A DNA stretch of 64,000 nucleotides from Octopus vulgaris (taxonomy: Eukaryota), in assembly GCA_951406725.2 (NCBI GenBank), contig OX597839.1, positions 28,582,001-28,646,000 on the forward strand, written 5' to 3'. Position numbers and translations under genes: made by a program. Positions 25,024-37,325 of the stretch are shown in pieces; positions within the stretch are counted from its first letter, which is position 1; each line of letters opens with the position of its first letter. The notes beneath the pieces are model-generated. The model ran no database searches, had not been told where the DNA came from, and saw only the letters and a program-made list of their open reading frames with translations.

Positions 25024-26124
25024 CACTGGCGAAAATAAATTTAAGACCGATGATAAAAGTTCTATTTCTTACAAAATATTTTGTTACTAACACCATACAA
25101 ATTATTTCTATCTTTTACACCTTATGCAGAATTTATTTCTCTTTCGAATGATGCAGACAATAACTATTTTTATACAACTTGAAGAATTCTGATGCTAAAT
25201 TAATATAAACGCAGGAGTGGCTGTGTGGTTTGTAGCTTGTTTACCAACCACATGGTTCCGGGTTCAGTCCCACTGCGTGGCACCTTGGGCAAGTATCTTC
25301 TACTATAGCCTCGGGCCGACCAAAGCCTTGTGAGTGGATTTGGGAGACGGAAACTGAGAGAAGCCTGTCGTATATATGTATATATATATGTGTGTGTGTG
25401 TGTGTGTGAGTTTGTATGTCTGTATTTGTCCCCCCAACATCGCTTGACAGCCGATGCTGGTGTGTTTATGTCCCCGTCACTTAGCGGTTTGGCAAAGAGA
25501 CCGATAGAATAAGTACTGGCCTTACAAAGAATAAGTCCTGGGGTCGAGTTGCATGATTAAAGGTGGTGCTCCAGCATGGCCGCAGTCAAATGACTGAAAC
25601 AAGTAAAAGAGAGAAAGTAAGAGTTTCAAATTTACCTTTATATTTGACCAGTCTCTGGGTATAACTTCCACGCTTGCACGCAAGTCGTTTTACTGCACTT
25701 TAGTTGCTTGCTGATGTTCGAAAAGGAAACTTTTTGCTGGTGGATTAAATGACTTTTGCTCTCGTGACTGGACTGAGGCTACGTTGTTTTCCCATTATTA
25801 ATCAATTGTATAATAACGTTAAATTATAACACTATGTAGTGCTGTTAGTCTAGTTGTGTGACCACCACCCATTTTGGCAAAAAAATTTGCATACATATTA
25901 CATGGTCTTAAACAAATTTTGCCGGTAAATTTGAAACGTTTATATTAATTTAGCATTAGAATTCTTCAAGTTGTATAAAAATAGTTATTGTCTGCATCAT
26001 TCGAAAGAGAAATAAATTCTGCATAAGGTGTAAAAGATAGAAATAATTTGTATGGTGTTAGTAACAAAATATTTTGTAAGAAATAGAACTTTTATCATCG
26101 GTCTTAAATTTATTTTCGCCAGTG
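25024..26124. mobile_element. Non-autonomous Tc1/mariner-type element with ~200-bp terminal inverted repeats and TA target duplication
   Basis: TA|CACTGGCGAAAATAAATTTAAGACCG ... CGGTCTTAAATTTATTTTCGCCAGTG|TA. The arms are nearly identical. A SINE (25211-25622) interrupts the left arm. Confidence 0.92.
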
Positions 26125-26721
26125 TAGTATTACTACTGAGATTTCAGCGAGGCAATGTAGATACTGTGAAATTTAAACTACTGATACCAACTATGACATT
26201 ATTCATATCAGAAGATTAAGACCAACACTTACAAGGTGTTAGAGACATTCCCTGGAAAAGTACATTCACACTGCCAATAACTTTTATATATATATATTCA
26301 TATCTCCTTCCCTCTCTCCCTCTCATTTATCTCAACTTATCTCTGTATTATCTTCTGTGTCTTTTAAGATTTAAACATGACGAAGGAACAATACAGCTAA
26401 TGACCTGGAAACAGGGGGGCGAGAGAGATACATACTGTTGGTGTTTGAAGTACTGTGAAGCCAATGTCTGAAGGAATGGAATTTCAGAGAAGAGGTAACG
26501 TTCTAGGAAAGAAGTGTTGGACGTGGTGGTTTGTCAGAGGGAGCTGGAGTGTGTAGCTATTGGGAGCAGAAGAGATGGACATAACGAGAAGGTTGGTATG
26601 GAGATTATCTCAAACACACACACACATATCGATTTGCTGTGCTTGAAAAGACACATCAAGCTAAGCAAAATCGTGACCATCAAGTTGAGAGATTCTTGTC
26701 CTGCAGGCTTGTAGGTGCTGG

Positions 26722-27305
26722 CATCATGTAAAAGCACCAGTGCCAGTGTCATATTAAATGTACTTTTGGTGCCACATAAGAGGAGCCTGTGCCAGTTCCA
26801 CACAAGAGGAGCCTGTGTCTGTTCCACACAAAGCACCCATGCTGGTGTCACATAAAAAGCATTCATGCTGGCGCCACACATAAAGCACCAGTTCATGCAC
26901 CACGTATAAAGCACCAGTGCTGGTGCCACATACAAGGCACCAGTGCTGGTGCCACTTATAAAGCACCCGTGTTGGTGTCACACATAAAGCACCCATGTCA
27001 GTGTCACACATAAAGCACCCGTATTGGTGCCACACATAAAGCACCTGTGCTGTTGCCATGTATAAAGCACCCATGGTAGTGCCACGCATAAAGCACCCAT
27101 GGTAGTGCCACGCATAAAGCACCCATGCTGGCGTCACGCATAAAACACCAGTGCAGAGCCACACACATATAGCACTCATCCTGGTGTCACACAGAGCACC
27201 CATGCTGGTGTCATGCATAAAGCACCCATGGCGGTGCCACATATAAAGCATTCGTGCTGGTACCACATAAAAAGTGCCTCTGATGGGGCCACATAAAAGG
27301 CACTC
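26722..27305. repeat. Degenerate ~27-bp tandem array (ATAAAGCACCCATGCTGGTGCCACAC-like) within family D
   Basis: About 20 diverged units immediately 5' of the family D core. Confidence 0.85.
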
Positions 27306-27720
27306 AGTACACGGTAAAATGGCTGACGTTAGGAAGGGCATCTAGCGATACAAACCAAACTAAAACAGACAATTAGGGCCCAGACGGTTCCCCAGCTGGC
27401 CAACTCCTATCAAACCATCCAACCCATGCCAGCATGGAAAACAGATGTTAAATGAAGATAATGATATATACATATATATCATCATCATCATCATCATCAT
27501 CGTTTAACACCTGCATTCCATGCTGGCATGGGTTGAACGGTCTGACTGAGGGCTGGCAAGCCAGGAGGCTGCACCAGGCTCCAATCTGATCTGGCAAAGT
27601 TCCTACAGCTGGATGCCCTAAATAACGCTAACCACTCAGAGTGCAGTGGGCACTTTTTACATGTCACTGGCACAAGGGCTGGTCAGGCAGTACTGGCAAC
27701 AACCACACAGCACTAGCATC

Positions 27721-27757
<37 letters not shown>

Positions 27758-28844
27758 TATACACACACATACATACATATACACACACACACATATATAT
27801 ATAAAGTGTAAGTAGTGTTAAAATCCAAGGTGTGTCCTCTTGAAGCTCATCTGCTTATTCCAGTCTTACAATCCGTTCTGTAGCTGTTGTCATTGACGTG
27901 AGGTACATATCAGAGTTGAACATTCCGGAAACATTGCTTGCAGAGTTATTACATAACAAAATGGGAACCTGGAAAATTGTTCTGGCATTATTTACTCACC
28001 ATTACATGTTTCATTTGCTAATATTCTTTTCTACTCTAGGCACAAGGCCCAAAATTTGGGGGGGGGGGGGGGAGTCGATTGGATCAAACCCAGTATGCAG
28101 CTGGTACTTTATTTATCGACCCCGAAAGGATGAAAGGCAAAGTCGACCTCGGCAGAATTTGAACTCAGAACCTAAAGACAGACGAAATTCCGCTAAGCAT
28201 CTCACCCCAAGTGCTAACGTTTCTGCCAGCTCGCTGCCTTAAGTTACAGGTACATAAGCACACCAACATTGGTTGTCAAGCGATGGTGGGGGACAAACAC
28301 AGATACACAAACATACATATATATATACACAACAGGCTCATCTACCAAATCTGATCAATCTGGGGGCTGTAGTTGAAAACATTTGCCTGAGGTGCCATGC
28401 AGTAGGACTGAACCCACAACCATGGGTTCGGGAAGCAAGCTTCTTACCCACACAGCCATGCTTGTGCCTATGTACAAGCTCAACTAGAAAACAAACAGTT
28501 AACTTGGGTCACATCTCAAGGCTGTCCCAGTTTTATAGATGCAAATGTACAATTGTTCGTTCCAAAATCTGAAAAAAGAAATAAAAAAGCTGAAATCTGA
28601 AACACTTTCAGTGCCAAGCAATTCAGATCTCGTACACAGACTGACAGAAGGCAGCAAATGGCTACAGAAGCAGAGGGGGTGGAGGGGAAATGGGTAAAAG
28701 TATTTCTGTTAAAAACTGACGGTGAACTTTAAACTTCCTGACACAGTAGACACAGTCACAGGGGCAGCGAAGTTATTTAATGTGGCGACTGTTTATGTAC
28801 AGCAAAAGTGGTTTTATCTCCTTGCTTTTAAATTCTATGGGTTT

Positions 28845-28887
<43 letters not shown>

Positions 28888-28889
28888 TA

Positions 28890-29272
28890 CTAGCAGTATC
28901 GCCCGGCGTTGCTCGGGTTTGTATATAAGCATTTTTAGAGAGTTATAGCCAAAAAATAGCAAAAAAATGCATTAAAAATGGAAAAAAAATTATGGTAAAT
29001 TTTTTTTAAATCGTTGACTCATCGTAGACATTTTTAGAGAGTTACTTCCCTTATATAATAGCGAAAAAATGCATTAAAATGGAAAAAAATGATGGTAATT
29101 TTTTTTTTAATCGTAGACTCATCGTAGACGCGCGCTAATACCCAGAAGGGCTCGATATGAATCACGACTATAAGATACCCGCTTTTGCTTAAACTGCACC
29201 GCAAAATGTGGGAGTAGTTAGGAATCTAAATCGTAGGAGACAGACACACAACCTCTCTTTTATATATAAAGA
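28890..29272 (-). mobile_element. Complete non-autonomous Helitron
   Basis: Minus strand begins A|TCTTTATATATAAAAG and ends with the hairpin CCCG-AGCAACGC-CGGG then CTAG|T. Inserted between A and T with no TSD. Internal ~80-bp duplication. Confidence 0.85.
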
Positions 29273-30812
29273 TATATATATATATATATTTTCTATATAT
29301 ATATTTCTGTGGTAATTTAATCAGTTACAAATAGAAAAAAAAACTTGTGCTAATACTATTTTTATTCACATTTAACTGCAGAATTTGAAGTACTTAAAAC
29401 TACCCCATCGTGTCTGTGTGTCTGTGTGTGTGTGTGTGTGTGTGTATAATTGTGTGTATCTTTGTGTCCGTCTGTCCCCTCCCTCATCACCCCTTGACAA
29501 CTGGTGTTGGTGTGTTTACATCTCTGTAACTTAGTGGTTCGGCCAAAACGAGACCGATAGAATAAGTATTAGGCTTAGAAAAGTCCCGGAGTCGATTTGT
29601 TTGGCTAAAACCCTTCGAGGCAGTGCTCCAGCATGGTCGCTGTCAAATGACTGAACCGAGTAAAAGGAAAAAAAGAATAATCCCTTCTCCTGTATGCAAA
29701 AGGCCTGACATTTGCAAGGAAGGAGCCTGGTTGATTAAATCAACCCCAGTATTCAACAAGTGCTTATTATAGTGACCCTGAAAGAACAAAAAGCAATGTC
29801 GACCTCAGTGAAAAATGCCGCTAAGCATGCCTACAATTCTGCAAGCTTACCACATTAACGGTTTCAAATTTTGGCACAAGGCCAGTAAACTAGGGGGAGG
29901 TAGTTAGTTGATTAAATTGACCCCCAACGTTCAGTAAGTACTTATTTTAGCAACACCGAAAGGACAAAATGTAAAAATGCATTTGGCATTTTTTCCAGTG
30001 TACTAACAACTCTGCCAGCTCGCCACATGAATGATTTCAATTTTTGGCACAAGGCCAGCAAGTTTTGGGGGAGGTAGCTAGTTGATGAAATCAACCCAAG
30101 TATCCAACAAGGGACTGATTTTAGAAACCCTGGAAGGACGAAAGCAAAGTTGACGAAAGGCAAAAAATACCACTAGGCATTTTGTCCCACGTGCTAACAA
30201 TTCTGCCAAGCTCACTGCCTTAACATAAAGCTACAAATAACAGTATGGAAATATTGAGTGAAAAAATCCTTTTGCAATAGGAAAAGCCACAGATACGAAG
30301 GTCGTCCTACATGATGATATGATACATGAATCACTAGACTTGCTAGAAATAACAACCAAATCTCCCTCAAATCAATATCCTACCAACTTAACCCTTTTGC
30401 ATTCAGATTATTCTGTCGAATGTAACGCTTATTTATTCACGTTGTTTTCAATTAAATCATGAATTGTCTCGTAACTTTGAGATTTTCATAAAGTGATTGC
30501 TTATTTTTAGAAGGACATTGAAAGGAAGGTGTAAGAGGCAGGATCTGGTTGGTTAGAACATGTAGACTATTTCGGTCAGATATGGCCGGTTTGAATACTG
30601 AAGGGTTAAAGGAGCCATTGGATAATGTACCCCAATATAGCCCTTAAAAAAACAGGATGGTCATGGCTGGAATACCTTTAACCTTTTTAAAGTGGAAATC
30701 AGATATAACCACTCAAAATTACATTATCCTTAATTACATAAAGCTGTTTTATATAGCAACCTATCTTTTATTAAGGAATGTCATGTTTGAAACAATTTTA
30801 TTGAGATATGTG

Positions 30813-31196
30813 TGGAGGCGCAATGGCCCAGTGGTTAGGGCAGCAGACTCACGGTCATAGGATCGCGGTTTCGATTCCCAGACCGGGCGTTGTGAGTGTT
30901 TATTGAGCGAAAACACCTAAAAGCTCCACGAGGCTCCGGCAGGGGATGGTGGTGATCCCTGCTGTATTCTTTCACCACACCTTTCTCTCACTCTTTCTTC
31001 CTGTTTCTGTTGTACCTGTATTTCAAAGGGCCGGCCTTGTCACTCTGTGTCACGCTGAATATCCCCGAGAACTACGTTAAGGGTGCACGTGTCTGTGGAG
31101 TGCTCAGCCACTTACATGTTAATTTCATGAGCAGGCTGTTCCGTTGATTCGGATCAACCGGAACCCTCATCGTCGTAACCGACGGAGTGCTTCCAC
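30813..31196 (+). mobile_element. SINE family A, tail type 2 (near-identical copies 11853-12232 -, 33800-34182 -, 41406-41796 +)
   Basis: Same tRNA-like head, tail ...gtaaccgacggagtgcttcca. TSD attgagatatgtg / attgaaatatgtg. Confidence 0.9.
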
Positions 31197-32766
31197 ATTG
31201 AAATATGTGAAGTTTATTAAAGCAACAGGACTTGCAGAATTAAAAAAATTCTATCTTTTTGGCAGATATTTAATATCATCATTGGAATAACCATGGAATT
31301 TAATTTTGGTGTTAACGGGTTAAAATGATGTTTGGAACATAATATCATCATCATCATCGTTTAACGTCCGTTTTCCGCGCCAGCACGGGTTGGACGGTTT
31401 GACCGGGGTCTGGGAAGCCAGGGGCTGCACCAGGCTCCAGTCTGATCTGGCAGTGTTTCTACAGCTGGATGCCCTTCCTAAAGCCAACCACTCCGCGAGT
31501 GTAGTGGGTGCTTTTTACGTGCCACCTGCACAGGTGCCAGGGGAGTCTGGCATTGACCACGATCGGTTGGTGCTTTTAACGTGCCACCGGCACGGAAGCC
31601 AGCCAAGGCGGTGCTGGCATTGGCCACATTCGGATGGTGCTTTTTATGTGCCACCGGCACTGGAGCCAGTCGAGGCGGCGCTGGCATCGGCCACGTTTGG
31701 ATGGTGCTTTTTATGTGCCACAGGCACAGAAGCCAGTCGACAAAAGATAAAAATATATTGGGATATTAAGATGGTATTTGCAACATAATATCACAACAGA
31801 CAAATATATATATTGGTATATTAACTCTTTTTACTGCAGAAATCAGATTTATCCGCTACAAATTACATTATCCTTCAACAGTGGAAAGTAGCTTTATATA
31901 TCAATCTAGGTTTTGTTGAGAAATATTAAGTTAGAAATTATTTTCTGTTGAGAAAATGTCAAGTTTATTGAAACAACGTGACTTGCAGAAAATGCTAAAT
32001 ATAGTTTTTGGCAGATATTTAACCCTTTCGTTATCAACCCGGCCAAAACTGCCTCTGGCTCTGTAGTCTTGTTTTCATAAGTTCTGAATTAAAATCTTCC
32101 ACCAAACCTTAGTCACAATTTATGTTCCTAACACTAGCTTAACGATAAGTTATTTTACTAAATTCTTTGTTATATTTAAAATGAATTGAAAGAAACACAG
32201 AGCATCTCAACAGGAATATGGTAACAAAAGGGTTAACATCATTACTGAAATAAGCATGAAATTTAATTTCACAATTAAAGGGTTAAAATGGTGTTTAGAA
32301 AATAGCAAAAGACAAAAATATATTGGGATATTAAGGTGGTATGTGGAACATAATATCATAAAAGAAATATTTATTTCTTTATTGCCCACAAGGGGCTAAA
32401 CATAGAGAGGACAAACAAGGACAGACAAAGAGATTAAGTTGATTTCATCGACCCCAGTGCATAACTGGTACTTAGTTCATTGACCCTAGAAGGATGAAAG
32501 GTAAAGTCGACCTCGGCGGAATTTGAACTCAGAACGTAAAGACAGACGAAATACCGCTAAGCATTTCGCCCGGTGTGCAAACGATTCTGCCAGCTTGCCA
32601 CCTTATTTTTAAAGAATGCTTACAGCACCATAAAAGAAATATATATTCATATATTTTAGATGGTGTTGGGAACATGACAAAAACCAAATATATATTGGTA
32701 TATTAACTTTTTTACTGGGGAACTCAGATATATCCATTCAAAATGTCATTACCCTTTTACTACAGA

Positions 32767-33103
32767 AGGCAGTTGGCACTTGTGCCGGTGACATGCGAAA
32801 AACAACATTCAAGCGAGGTCGTTGCCAGTGCCACTGGACTGACTCCTGTGCAGGTGGCACATAAAAAACACTGTTTGAGCATGGCCATCGCCAGAACCGG
32901 CTGACTGGCTCTCGTGCCAGTGGCACGTAAAAGCACCCACTACACTCTCGGAGTGGTTGGCGTTAGGAAGGGCATTCAGCTGTAGAATCTCTGCCAGATT
33001 GGAGCCTGGTGCAGCCATGTGGCTCGCCAGTCCTCAGTCAAACCGTCCAACCCATGCCAGCATGGAAAGCGGACGTTAAACGATGATGATGATGATGATG
33101 ATG
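32767..33103 (+). mobile_element. Repeat family D with RTE-like (GAT)n tail and variable internal tandem units; other copies at about 3047-3500, 4857-5200, 26715-27460, 27478-27720, 31344-31740, 38350-38600, 43629-43994
   Basis: Shared ...ttggcgttaggaagggcatccagctgtagaa...ccaacccatgccagcatggaaagcggacgttaaac(gat)n. Confidence 0.85.
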
Positions 33104-33799
33104 ATCCTTTGTTGAGGAATATCATGTTTGAAATTATTTCTTGTCGAGATATGACAAGTTTTTGAGGCAACATGACTTGCAAGATCTACACCAATTCTAT
33201 TTTTTGGTCAGATATTTAACATCATTACTGGAATAACCAGGAAATTTAATTCCACAGTTTAAAGGATTAAATGAAGGATTCACATTAGGTACAGGGAAAG
33301 ATAAAATTACTTTCTTGAGTCATGTTGACTCACAAGGGCTGGTTTCCTGGTTTCATGGCGTATAAATTCCCCACCTGGATGGGATTCCAGTCCTTCACAG
33401 GATTTCTCATTTTTGCCAGCTGAGTGGACTGGACCAACGTGAATTGAAGTGTTTTGCTCAAGAAAACAATGCACTGCCCAATCCAGGAACCAAAACCACT
33501 ATCTTACACTCATTAGTCAAACACACTAACCACAAAGCCACACACCTCTACAAGGATTCACATTGTTCGAACCAACGCTTTCAAAGAATTGGAATCCTTC
33601 ATTTAAATTTATTTAAAATTTCTGCTTTCATCGTCATCACCATCATTTAACATCCATCTTCCAGCAAGTATGGGTGGCCAGGTAGAAAACTACCCGAGGC
33701 TAATGTGTCTGTTTTGGCAGGGTTTATACAGGTGTATACCCTTCCTAACACCAACCACTCTGCAGAGTGGACTCAGTGCTTTTTACGTGGCACTGAATG

Positions 33800-34182
33800 G
33801 AAGCACTCCGTTGGTTACGACGACGAGGGTTCCGGTTGATCCGAATCAACGGAACAGCCTGCTCTTGAAATTAACGTGTAAGTGGTTGAGCACTCCACAG
33901 ACACGTGCACCCTTAACGTAGTTCTTGGGGATATTCAGCATGACACAGAGAGTGACAAGGCCAGCCCCTTGAAATACAGGTACAACAGAAACAGGAAGTA
34001 AGAGTGAGAGAAAGTTGTGGTGAAAGAGTACAGCAGGGATCACCACCATCCCCTGCCGGAGCCTCGTGGAACTTTTAGGTGTTTTCGCTCAATAAACACT
34101 CACAACGCCCGGTCTGGGAATCGAAACTGCGATCCTATGACCGCGAGTCCGCTGCCCTAACCACTGGGCCATTGCGCCTCCA
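33800..34182 (-). mobile_element. SINE family A, tail type 2
   Basis: Near-exact reverse complement of 30813-31196. Confidence 0.9.
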
Positions 34183-35554
34183 CTCTTACGTGGCACTAGC
34201 ACAAGCCAGGATAGTTTTGGCATGACTTCACAACTGGATGCCCTGGATTCACAGATGATGAAGACCATCTAGGGGCTATAATTAAAGTGTGTGCCCTTGG
34301 GTTTTGCTCACCACCACCCAGGGACCCCAAGCCTATAGAGGGGTTTTTTTTTACGGAAAATTCAATTGATCCACCTCCATAAAATTATTACCCTGGGTGG
34401 ATCTGTGGCCAAAAGCAACACAACCAGCAGTGACTATATGAAAGCAATACCTGGAATTAATTAAAACCTAAGAAGTGTTCCAGGTAGTAAACTTCATGTT
34501 TTCTTAAGCTGTTACACTGTAGTCTAAATACACAGTGAACATGTCAGACGGCCAAGAGGTGTGAACACCAGCCACGATCTGACAGGAACTTAATTTACTG
34601 CTTCTAATACAAGCTAACAACCCAGCCTCTACGTCAGTTGTTCTCAACCATTTTTTTCCCCTATGGACTCCTTTCATTTCTAATTTCTTCTGGAGGACCC
34701 CCACAGACATTCGATGCTTAAAAACTAGTTTTACAGAAATTTCTTTCAAAATTCCTATTTTGTTATTCACACATAAACTTGTGTAGGTTGAACTTATGTA
34801 AAATGGTAGAGAAAGGAACCCAGCTGTTTCTCTCAATACATACATTTAAAGCAAAATTTCTTCAGGTTCTCAACCATTTTTTTTTATCCATGGACCCCTT
34901 TGATTACTATTTTATTCTGGTGGACCCCCATTACACATTAACTTGTGTAGTTTGAACTTTGTAAAAAGTTAGAGAAAGAGCCTAGTTGTTGTTTTTTGCG
35001 ATAAATACATCTCAATAAAAGTTTTTCATGGACCTGTAAAATATAATTGTGAATCCCCAATTAACAGTTCAGCTAGCATGGGCCCCACTTCAGAACTACT
35101 GCTCTACGTGGTCACTTTGTCTGCTACAAACAGCAACCAAATCTACCTCATATTGCACAGGAAATGATGCAGGGAATAATACAGATCCAGAGATATCAGC
35201 ATGATCATCGTAATTTTAATGTCCTTTTCCCCATACTTGCAGGACTTGGATGGAATTCATGTAGACAAGATAAATTTTCTATGCTGGATGCCCTCTCTCA
35301 TCAACACTCATCAGTTTTCAAGGAGGGTAACATTTCCCCCAGGCTGGACACGTTTCTATGAAAGACAAGCAAAACGCCCCCCCATCCAATGGACGGTGCT
35401 GAGTTCTCAAGCATTTAAGCCAAATTTTCTCAAAACAACTTGTCCGACCATCCCATAGGCCTCTCCTTTGAGAAACACTGATTTAACCTAAATTTGAGAC
35501 ATCAGCAAAAAAGAAATAAAGATAGACTTTTTTTTCTATTCCAAAGACCACGGC

Positions 35555-35718
35555 TTTATCGATCGCATTCTCACCTGGAATCGATTTTTGTAATTTTTTC
35601 AAGATTTATACACACCCTGATACCATCGGTATCTACATATCAAATTTGAGCGCAATAGGATGGAGGATGCCCGAGATCCTAGAAGACACACAGACAGAAC
35701 GGATTTTATATAATAGAT
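35555..35718 (-). mobile_element. 5' end fragment of another non-autonomous Helitron family
   Basis: Minus strand starts ATCTATTATATAAAATCCGTTCTGTCTGTGTGTC, the same 5' architecture as 28890-29272. Confidence 0.55.
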
Positions 35719-36945
35719 TAGAAGTGAAGGACATCATCATCATTTAACGTCCGTTGTCCATGCTGGCATGGGTCGGATGGTTTGACTGAGCTGGCATGCT
35801 GGAAGGCTGTGCTGACACTTATTTACAACTATCAAACAATATCAAGACAAGGTGAGAGTAACACAAACGCACATGCACAATGGGCTTCTTCCAGTTTCCT
35901 TCTACCAAATCCACTCAACACAATGATCAACCTGGGGCTATAGTAGAAGCCATTTGCCTAGAGTGCCATGCTGTGGGACTGAACTTGAAACCCCATGGTT
36001 GAAAAGCAAACAATCAGACAGCCAAAGGCAAAAGGAAAGTCTTACCGTTACAGTTTTTATTTAGGGGTTTCCCAAAACATGGAATATATATCAAGGGTTC
36101 CTGCACTCCAAGAGTAAAAAAGTTAGGAAATGCTAAGCTACATCATTAAAGACAGCTTTTGGTTTGACCTCTAACAATTAATCCTTCATTAACCCTTTCG
36201 CTACCAACCTGGCTGAAACTGGCCCTGGCTCTGAGTACAAATGTCTTGTTTTCATAAGTTTTGAATTAAAATCTTCCGCCAAGCCTTAGTCACAATTTAT
36301 GTTCCTAACACTAGCTGAATGATAATGAAGTTATTTTACTAAATTCTTTGTTATATCTAAAGTAATTGAAAGAAACACAGAGCATCTCAAAATAAATACA
36401 GTAACGAAAGGGTTAATCAATAATGAGATTACAATTGAAATTAAGGTTAGACAGTAGGGAATCTAAACCCGAAAATAAGGTTAGCAAACCCAAAGAAAAG
36501 AGGGGGGGAAATAAAAGAGAAAGAGAAGGAAGGTGAGGAGAGAAATGTAAAAGAAAATAATTGACAGAAAATGAAGATGAGAAATAAAAAAAAAATGGTA
36601 AGAATAAAAACAAATTCAAGAAATGTCATGGAAATTTGGTAATAATTGTTGGAAAATGTCGAAGAAAATTTGTTGACAGACTTGGAGGGAAGAAAGGAAA
36701 ATTGAGAGACGGAGGGAGAGGGAATGGTAGTAATGTTATTTTAACATGGTTTTGGGTTTTTTTTTTGGGGGGGGGGGGTTAATACATGCTTCAACATGGA
36801 GACACAAAGGTTTGTGCATGTATTGTACATGTGGGTAATTGTGCAACCTAATTCAAATCATCGTGAATGAATAAGCATTACACTTGATAGAATAATCTCA
36901 ATGCTAAACGGTTGAAGTGTGGATATGTGTGTGTGTGCTGATATA

Positions 36946-37325
36946 CACTACCGTCAGAAATTAATTAGCACCCTTGATTTGCTCTTCACTCAAGGTATGT
37001 GCTGTCACCTAGTGGCCATATCTCGAACTGTTGCTTTGTTGCGAGTTCACTGTTGCGCAGAACGATGACGTAACTTTGTTTGCAGAGCAGTTTGAGAGTC
37101 TACAGCCTTATGATGTTGACATAGCAGTGCAACAACAACTTGGAGTGCGGATGCAGACAAATCTTCCTTTGTTTAATAGATATAGGTAGCGCCTCGCAAG
37201 GACCGAAATCACACCATACTAAGTTTTCTCATCGCGTAAGACGTTTTGAACAGCTCATAGGTTAATTGATTTAACCTATTTAATGTAGAAATTTGAGAAG
37301 TGCTAATTAATTTCTGACGCAAGTG
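36946..37325. mobile_element. Tc1-like MITE
   Basis: TA|CACTACCGTCAGAAATTAATTAGCAC ... GTGCTAATTAATTTCTGACGCAAGTG|TA. Confidence 0.85.

Noticed and set aside
28480-28590. Possible extra RABEP1 exon at a strong minus-strand acceptor (ttttttatttcttttttcag| near 28568)
   Set aside because: The phase-1 frame reaches a stop within about 11 codons and there is no convincing donor.
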